Source: a virus. Taken from it: a stretch of DNA of 5,443 bases. The stretch lies in IMG/VR virus record IMGVR_UViG_3300017527_000087, positions 1-5,443 of that record, one strand, 5' to 3'. The translations under genes were made by a program, and so were the position numbers. Below the pieces are notes generated by a model. That model saw only the letters and a program-made list of their open reading frames with translations. It searched no databases and was not told the DNA's origin. This document shows, one piece after another, positions 1 through 3,646 of this stretch; within the stretch, counting starts at the first letter, position 1; each line of letters starts with the position of its first letter.

Positions 1-83
1 AATTTTCCATTATATAGTCTTATTGGACATTGGAATACGTCTAGTTGTAATTTATAACTTCCGAATAGTGGTCCTACTGTTGG
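1..83. repeat. Terminal direct repeat, copy 1. It is an assembly overlap of a circular genome with a 5360-nt unit.
   Basis: Bases 1..83 (aattttccattatatagtc...gtcctactgttgg) are identical, base for base, to 5361..5443. The repeat lies inside an open reading frame that reads through the junction. Confidence 0.95.
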
Positions 84-287
84 TAGTGTTTTTACGTCTG
101 CATCTAGTTTTATTGTCCATTTGTCTGCAGGCAATGCCACTTCTGACATAAATGGTACTAATGTCCCTGCCGCCATGCTACTTCTCCATGTACTACTAAG
201 GTCATGACTACTTCTGTTGTAATTTTTTAGGCTTACTTCTTGCTTGTGTCCGCTTCCTAGTCTGTCTCCTCCTATTGTTGTCTTCAT
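1..287 (-). CDS. VP1: Major capsid protein, N-terminal segment (joins 5360 across the circular junction).
   Basis: My hand translation of the minus strand gives MKTTIGGDRLGSGHKQEVSLKNYNRSSHDLSSTWRSSMAAGTLVPFMSEVALPADKWTIKLDADVKTLPTVGPLFGSYKLQLDVF.... ATG 285..287 is the first ATG after the in-frame stop at 309..311. It lies 1 nt after the TAA of the upstream ORF. The HDLS ... G-LVP ... LPxD pattern parallels the phiX174 F N-terminus (PHDLSH ... PVIAGD). Confidence 0.9.
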   Translation of the reverse strand, partial: MKTTIGGDRLGSGHKQEVSLKNYNRSSHDLSSTWRSSMAAGTLVPFMSEVALPADKWTIKLDADVKTLPTVGPLFGSYKLQLDVFQCPIRLYNGK

Positions 288-288
288 C

Positions 289-576
289 TTATTTCTGTTT
301 GTTTGTTTCTATTAATATCATCATTACCTGAACTATTCTATTCCATGTAATTTTTTTTACTTCCGCTTTTACTCGCTTTAGGCTTGTATCTGATTCTGTT
401 ACTCTATATTTTCCCATCACTCCGAAGTGATTCCCTTCTCCATCGCTTATTACTGTAAAGGGTGTTCCTTTTATTTCGTGCCTTTCAAATCCTGATTCTG
501 TATTGTTCGTGTCTTTTGTAGATTCCGATGTATTCTTTAATGACATAATTTTTGTCTTTTGTGTATTTGATTTCAT
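289..576 (-). CDS. Hypothetical 95-aa protein immediately upstream of VP1.
   Basis: Intact ORF with strongly A-ending codons throughout. It has a protein-like core (FERHEIKGTPFTVISDGEGNHFGVMGKYRVTESDTSLKRVKAEVKKITWNRIVQVMMIL). Its TAA lies 1 nt before the VP1 ATG. An alternative start is the internal ATG giving MSLKNT.... Confidence 0.7.
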   Translation of the reverse strand: MKSNTQKTKIMSLKNTSESTKDTNNTESGFERHEIKGTPFTVISDGEGNHFGVMGKYRVTESDTSLKRVKAEVKKITWNRIVQVMMILIETNKQK

Positions 577-691
577 AATTTACCTTTCTATAGTTTTGTA
601 GATTTTTCTTGTGTATTATTTCTCCAGTTTCTTCGTCTACATACGTTGATACTGTCTTGAACTTCTTTGGATCTTCTCTTACTCGATTCAT
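485..691 (-). CDS. Hypothetical 68-aa ORF. It overlaps both neighbours out of frame.
   Basis: It starts at an ATG. The first ~40 codons (MNRVREDPKKFKTVSTYVDEETGEIIHKKNLQNYRKV) have ordinary protein-like composition and A-ending codons like the large genes. The last ~30 codons overlap ORF 289..576 and look less coding-like. Confidence 0.4.
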   Translation of the reverse strand: MNRVREDPKKFKTVSTYVDEETGEIIHKKNLQNYRKVNYEIKYTKDKNYVIKEYIGIYKRHEQYRIRI

Positions 692-797
692 ATTTATATT
701 TGATTTTTCGTGTTTTCTCTATTTCTACTAATCCTTTGCATGCTACTAGTCCTATGATCATACTTACCCATAACCCTATTTCGTATTTATTCATCAC
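588..797 (-). CDS. Small putative lipoprotein or membrane peptide. It has a signal peptide with a lipobox and a very basic tail. The likely start is ATG 792..794 (the track uses GTG 795..797).
   Basis: MNKYEIGLWVSMIIGLVAC-KGLVEIEK... has a short n-region, a 12-residue hydrophobic core, and L-V-A-C matching the [LVI][ASTVI][GAS]C lipobox, with Cys at residue 19 (codon 738..740). The tail is Arg/Lys-rich. The last ~100 nt overlap ORF 485..691 in another frame. Confidence 0.5.
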   Translation of the reverse strand: MMNKYEIGLWVSMIIGLVACKGLVEIEKTRKIKYKYESSKRRSKEVQDSINVCRRRNWRNNTQEKSTKL

Positions 798-1020
798 ATA
801 GTGTTTTTAGTATTAGTTTTTTTAGTAGTTCTTCTGTGATTGTTCCATCTACTTTCTCTCCGTTTTGGTACTTACTTATTGTTAGATACCTTGTGTTCCC
901 GTTTTTACCTAGTATTTTTAACTTCATTTTCAATGTTTTATATTTTATGCGTACCGCAATATACTCTTTTTTTTTAATATGAAAATTGGTTGAATGTATT
1001 GTTCGCCTTTTTTGCCCCAA
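787..1020 (-). CDS. Small hypothetical ORF. It is 77 codons if TTG-initiated at 1020, or 46 aa from ATG 925..927. Extent and coding status are uncertain.
   Basis: The frame is open directly from a stop at 1021..1023. The only ATG is at 925..927 (MKLKILGKNGNTRYLTISKYQNGEKVDGTITEELLKKLILKTLCDE). Its TAA (787..789) overlaps the ATG of the next ORF by 8 nt, a coupling-type overlap. An A9 run sits at 967..975. Confidence 0.4.
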   Translation of the reverse strand: MGQKRRTIHSTNFHIKKKEYIAVRIKYKTLKMKLKILGKNGNTRYLTISKYQNGEKVDGTITEELLKKLILKTLCDE

Positions 1021-1044
1021 TTAAGGCACTTGTGCCGCATTATG

Positions 1045-1070
1045 CAGCCACCACCACCTACTGGTGGCTG
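1045..1070. other. 9-bp hairpin in the GC-rich spacer just after the Rep stop.
   Basis: cagccacca (1045..1053) and tggtggctg (1062..1070) are exact reverse complements around an 8-nt loop. A second short palindrome, ggcac-tt-gtgcc, lies at 1025..1036. Confidence 0.8.
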
Positions 1071-1073
1071 ACC

Positions 1074-2028
1074 TCATTTCCCATACTTTTTTTGTAGTCT
1101 TTCTAATTTCTTTAGATTTCTTCTTTGATTCTCGTAATTTCTTACTGTCCAATTGATTTTATCGTCTAGATAGCCTAGTCTCTTATTCTTGCGTTGTTCT
1201 TCTTCTAATACTGCATAGTAATCTTTTTCGCTTTCTGATATATCAATTTTTCTTCCGTTTACATATCTTACTTCCTCATCTAATTTTTCTATCCATAGTT
1301 TCTCCCTTTGTTCTTCTGTATATATCTTATTTCTGTAATATATTGGTAATGGTATCTCTTGCCCCGTTCTCAGTTTATAAGTCTCTTTAGTCTTTTTTTT
1401 TTATACATATTTCTCCTTACGTCTGGTCTATCCATATATGCCGCTCCTATTCCCCTACTTACGAACATTTTACTATTATAATTTGGGTGTTTTTGGTCTG
1501 TTTTACTTAGGTATTTCACTATATAATTTATTGTTCTTCCGTTTACATAGTCCCCTATATATACTCCTCCATATTTCCATATCGGTTCTATATCTTCCGG
1601 ATTATCTGTCCATACTATCCCGTGCATATGTATTCTTTCTGTTCTTGTTCCTCCTATTTCTGTTACTATCCAGTGTCTTATTGTTTTCTTGTATTTCTTT
1701 CTCCATCGTTCTGTGAACCTCCTTACTGCTACTTTGCACACCTCATTATCTCTGTCATATCCTCTCAATGGTTCTGCTAGTTCTTCCAATTTTTTTAGTT
1801 CTTCGTCTTTAAACGTTAGTGTTACGAAATACGCATTTTTATTTACCCTTATATCTTCATGTAGTCTTACTTGCCATTCTCTAGCTTTCTTCTTCTTACA
1901 TTCCATACATTTTCCACACCCTATCGGTACTTCTAAGACCCTTTTATCATTAATAGGGGGTATGACCCCCCTATTTTTTTATTGCTCTTATATCGAGGAT
2001 TCTTTATTAATTTTGGATATAAACACAT
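1074..2028 (-). CDS. VP4: Replication initiator (Microviridae VP4 / phiX174 gpA-like HUH endonuclease). The full gene requires two -1 frame changes, at A7 (1974..1980) and A10 (1393..1402), to give a predicted 318-aa product.
   Basis: Segment 1 starts at ATG 2026..2028 and reads MCLYPKLIKNPRYKSNKK. Segment 2 (-1 frame) reads NRGVIPPINDKRVLEVPIGCGKCMECKKKKAREWQVRL and carries FVTLTF (motif 1), IHMHGIVW (HUH) and YIVKYLSK (the YxxKYxxK two-tyrosine motif, as in phiX174 gpA YVAKYVNK). Segment 3 (a further -1 frame, with no ATG) reads KTKETYKLRTGQEIPLPIYYRNKIYTEEQREKLWIEKLDEEVRYVNGRKIDIS...LQKKYGK. Stop is TGA 1074..1076. Confidence 0.8.
1370..1906 (-). CDS. VP4: Rep central segment as an uninterrupted ORF (HUH nuclease core). 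This is the part listed in the ORF track.
   Basis: 178-aa track ORF containing all three HUH-superfamily motifs. Its first Met sits inside the conserved Cys cluster (CGKC-M-EC). The same frame is open upstream to 1978 without an ATG, so 1906 is not the true start. Confidence 0.85.
   Translation of the reverse strand: MECKKKKAREWQVRLHEDIRVNKNAYFVTLTFKDEELKKLEELAEPLRGYDRDNEVCKVAVRRFTERWRKKYKKTIRHWIVTEIGGTRTERIHMHGIVWTDNPEDIEPIWKYGGVYIGDYVNGRTINYIVKYLSKTDQKHPNYNSKMFVSRGIGAAYMDRPDVRRNMYKKKRLKRLIN
1393..1402 (-). promoter_or_regulatory. Poly-A run (A10 on the coding strand) at the second Rep frame change. Candidate -1 or transcriptional slippage site, or homopolymer miscall.
   Basis: Frame 0 reads tat aaa aaa aaa aga cta aag aga ctt ata aac tga, stopping 7 codons later. 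The -1 frame reads aag act aaa gag act tat aaa ctg and opens the 106-codon conserved-looking Rep C-terminus. Confidence 0.6.
1952..1975. other. Perfect 9-bp G5/C5-core hairpin inside the Rep 5' region, immediately 3' of the A7 run on the mRNA.
   Basis: On the plus strand, aataggggg (1952..1960), a tatgac loop, then ccccctatt (1967..1975). On the coding strand this reads AAUAGGGGG-gucaua-CCCCCUAUU. Confidence 0.85.
1974..1980 (-). promoter_or_regulatory. Poly-A run (A7 on the coding strand) at the first Rep frame change. Candidate -1 slippage site or homopolymer miscall.
   Basis: Frame 0 reads aat aaa aaa ata ggg and stops after 31 codons. The -1 frame reads aaa aat agg ggg gtc and continues into the Cys motif. 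The run's 3' end overlaps the base of the hairpin at 1952..1975. Confidence 0.6.
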
Positions 2029-2029
2029 A

Positions 2030-3124
2030 TTACTTCTTTCCTACATCAATTCCCTTTACTATTACGTCCATTGTTGATATAAAGTTTTTATATGTATCGA
2101 TGCTTATTTTTCCATCTTCGTACTCTTTTAACGCTCTGTTTCTTGCTTGTGTTTCCGTTAACATTTTAATGTTAGTATCTGCGTTAGTTGCTCCGGATAG
2201 GCTATTTCTTCTATTTGCGAATGCATTTGTATATCCTTGACTTATATCTGCCCATAGTTTTGCTATTTCTGCCGCTTGTTTTTTACCTCCATATTCTTTG
2301 ATTAGTTTGTCTTGTGATTGTGCCAAATTTGCTTGCATACCTTTATTTAGTGCGTCTGCTTTTGTTAGTGCTATTATATGCTCCTTGTTTTCTGCTGTTA
2401 GGTCTGCTGTTTCTTTCGTTAATCTCGTTTGTTGTATTAAGTTTTTTGCCTTTTCTTTTAGTTCGTTTATCATTGCGTCATAGTGTAACCCTTGTTTATT
2501 TGTTAGCATATCTTGGTAGTCTTCTTTAGCTTGTATTAACATACTATTGTTAGCTGTTTCATTAATTTGCATTTCTGTTAAACTTGTCGCCTTGTTTATG
2601 TTTGCTATCCTTGCTCTTCCCTCGTCTGAGTCTACTCCTCCTATTTTAGTTGCTTCTACTGTTGTTTTTTCTGTTTGTGCATTTAGATTTGCTATTTGTG
2701 CTTGCATCATTCCTGCTTGTAACGCACTCCCTATATCCATTGGTGCGTGACTTGTTCCCGACGCTGCACTTCCTCCGCCTTGACTTCCTGCAGTTGTTCC
2801 GCCTCCTCCTGACATTCCATACATTAACGCTGGATTCAATCCCGCTTCTTCCATATGTTTTTTCTGTGCTCCATAGTTTGTTTTGTTCCACATGTCCATC
2901 TGTAATTCATGCCCTTGCATATTTAGATTCCTTTGGTTTTGGTGTTGTATTCCCATTAGTTCTTTACTTCTGTTGTGTGCTTTTTTTGCTCTGGCATTTT
3001 GCCCTAGCATACCTATTGCTCCTCCTGCTATATTTGCTACTGTTCCCCACATATTATTTGTATTTTGATTGTTATTATTTGCTGCATTTTGTGCTGCATT
3101 TGCTACTGTGTTTCCTATTCCCAT
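2030..3124 (-). CDS. VP2: Minor capsid / DNA pilot protein (Microviridae VP2, functional analogue of phiX174 H).
   Basis: 364-aa ORF. It has an Asn/Gln-rich N-terminus, the hallmark segment HMEEAGLNPALMYGMSGGGG, then a Gly/Ser/Ala-rich tract and a long charged helical C-terminal half. Its position between the capsid module and Rep fits the family. The stop, TAA 2030..2032, lies 1 nt before the Rep ATG. Confidence 0.85.
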   Translation of the reverse strand: MGIGNTVANAAQNAANNNNQNTNNMWGTVANIAGGAIGMLGQNARAKKAHNRSKELMGIQHQNQRNLNMQGHELQMDMWNKTNYGAQKKHMEEAGLNPALMYGMSGGGGTTAGSQGGGSAASGTSHAPMDIGSALQAGMMQAQIANLNAQTEKTTVEATKIGGVDSDEGRARIANINKATSLTEMQINETANNSMLIQAKEDYQDMLTNKQGLHYDAMINELKEKAKNLIQQTRLTKETADLTAENKEHIIALTKADALNKGMQANLAQSQDKLIKEYGGKKQAAEIAKLWADISQGYTNAFANRRNSLSGATNADTNIKMLTETQARNRALKEYEDGKISIDTYKNFISTMDVIVKGIDVGKK

Positions 3125-3194
3125 TTTTCGTTCTTTTCTTAAAAGAAATTATTTTTTCTCTTGATAATTAAGTATACATGCGTACCAGTGATTA

Positions 3195-3220
3195 AAAAGG
3201 AGGTTTTTACACCCCCTTTT
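3195..3220 (-). terminator. Intrinsic-terminator-like hairpin downstream of the VP1 and 131-aa genes.
   Basis: Minus-strand RNA reads AAAAGGGGG-uguaaaaa-CCUCCUUUU followed by U then AAU. This is a 9-bp stem with one G.U pair, a G/C core and a U5 tail. It starts 27 nt after the 131-aa ORF stop and lies 70 nt before the VP2 ATG. Confidence 0.5.
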
Positions 3221-3246
3221 ACTGCTACTAATTCCATCACTCGCTT

Positions 3247-3642
3247 TTATACGACTGACGTTTCGTCTCCTCCTTTCTTCTTTAAATCTATTACTTTAGT
3301 TTCATCTTTTTTCTCTTCCTTTTGTGCTCCTGTATCTTTCGCTTTTGCTATTTTACTTTTATGCACTTTATCCATTGCTTCCGCCGCAATTTCCCATCTA
3401 TCCGTTTTGATATTATACGCCGCTAATACTCCATCTTTTCGCTCTGTAAATATCTCTGGAGCTCCATCTGTTATTGGCTCGCCATTTTCTACTACTCTTT
3501 GTATTTTCGTTTCTATGGTTTCTCCCTCTACTACTTCCGCTGAATATATATGATATTCCCGTTCTTCTCTTGGTTGTTTTTCTGTTTCTGCGTCGAATTC
3601 CTTAATTCTTGTTTCCGCAAATCTGTTTACTTTGTAACTCAT
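3247..3642 (-). CDS. Hypothetical 131-aa acidic protein between VP1 and VP2. It is a possible internal scaffolding (VP3-like) protein, judged by position only.
   Basis: Intact ORF whose ATG lies 4 nt after the VP1 stop. Third codon positions are A-rich, as in VP1. The protein is Glu/Lys-rich and contains the segment GVLAAYNIKTDRWEIAAEAMDKV. No domain is recognisable with certainty. Confidence 0.8.
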   Translation of the reverse strand: MSYKVNRFAETRIKEFDAETEKQPREEREYHIYSAEVVEGETIETKIQRVVENGEPITDGAPEIFTERKDGVLAAYNIKTDRWEIAAEAMDKVHKSKIAKAKDTGAQKEEKKDETKVIDLKKKGGDETSVV

Positions 3643-3646
3643 CTTT

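Noticed and set aside
1-83. The terminal repeat as a biological direct terminal repeat, an LTR, or a mobile-element end.
   Set aside because: Microviridae genomes are circular ssDNA. The repeat is an exact duplicate lying inside the VP1 reading frame, which reads straight through the junction. That is the signature of an assembler overlap.
958-985. A sigma70-like promoter on the minus strand: TTTTCA, 16 nt, TATATT.
   Set aside because: Such matches are expected by chance in AT-rich DNA. If the host is Bacteroidota, the relevant consensus (TTTG / TAnnTTTG) is not matched here. I kept it only as an alternative reading in the A9 finding.
1952-1980. The hairpin plus T7 read as a rho-independent terminator on the plus strand.
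   Set aside because: It has the perfect form on the plus strand, but there is no credible plus-strand gene or promoter to terminate. It lies inside the Rep coding region on the other strand.
1074-2028. An alternative genetic code or stop-codon reassignment as the explanation for the interrupted Rep.
   Set aside because: The three Rep pieces are in different reading frames, which recoding of a stop cannot fix. VP1, VP2 and the other ORFs are intact under the standard code with TAA, TAG and TGA all used as terminators.
2646-2891. An 81-aa minus-strand ORF nested inside VP2 in another frame.
   Set aside because: Its Arg/Asn/Ser-rich composition (RRRRNNCRKSRRRK) is typical of an out-of-frame reading of a purine-rich gene. 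It has no features and no coupling signals. Overprinting cannot be formally excluded.
3139-3237. A 32-codon minus-strand ORF (MELVAVKGGVKTSFLITGTHVYLIIKRKNNFF) in the spacer between the 131-aa gene and VP2, in frame just after the 131-aa stop.
   Set aside because: It is too short to support. It is largely made of the terminator-like hairpin sequence and has no independent evidence. I mention it only because small hydrophobic peptides can be lysis factors.
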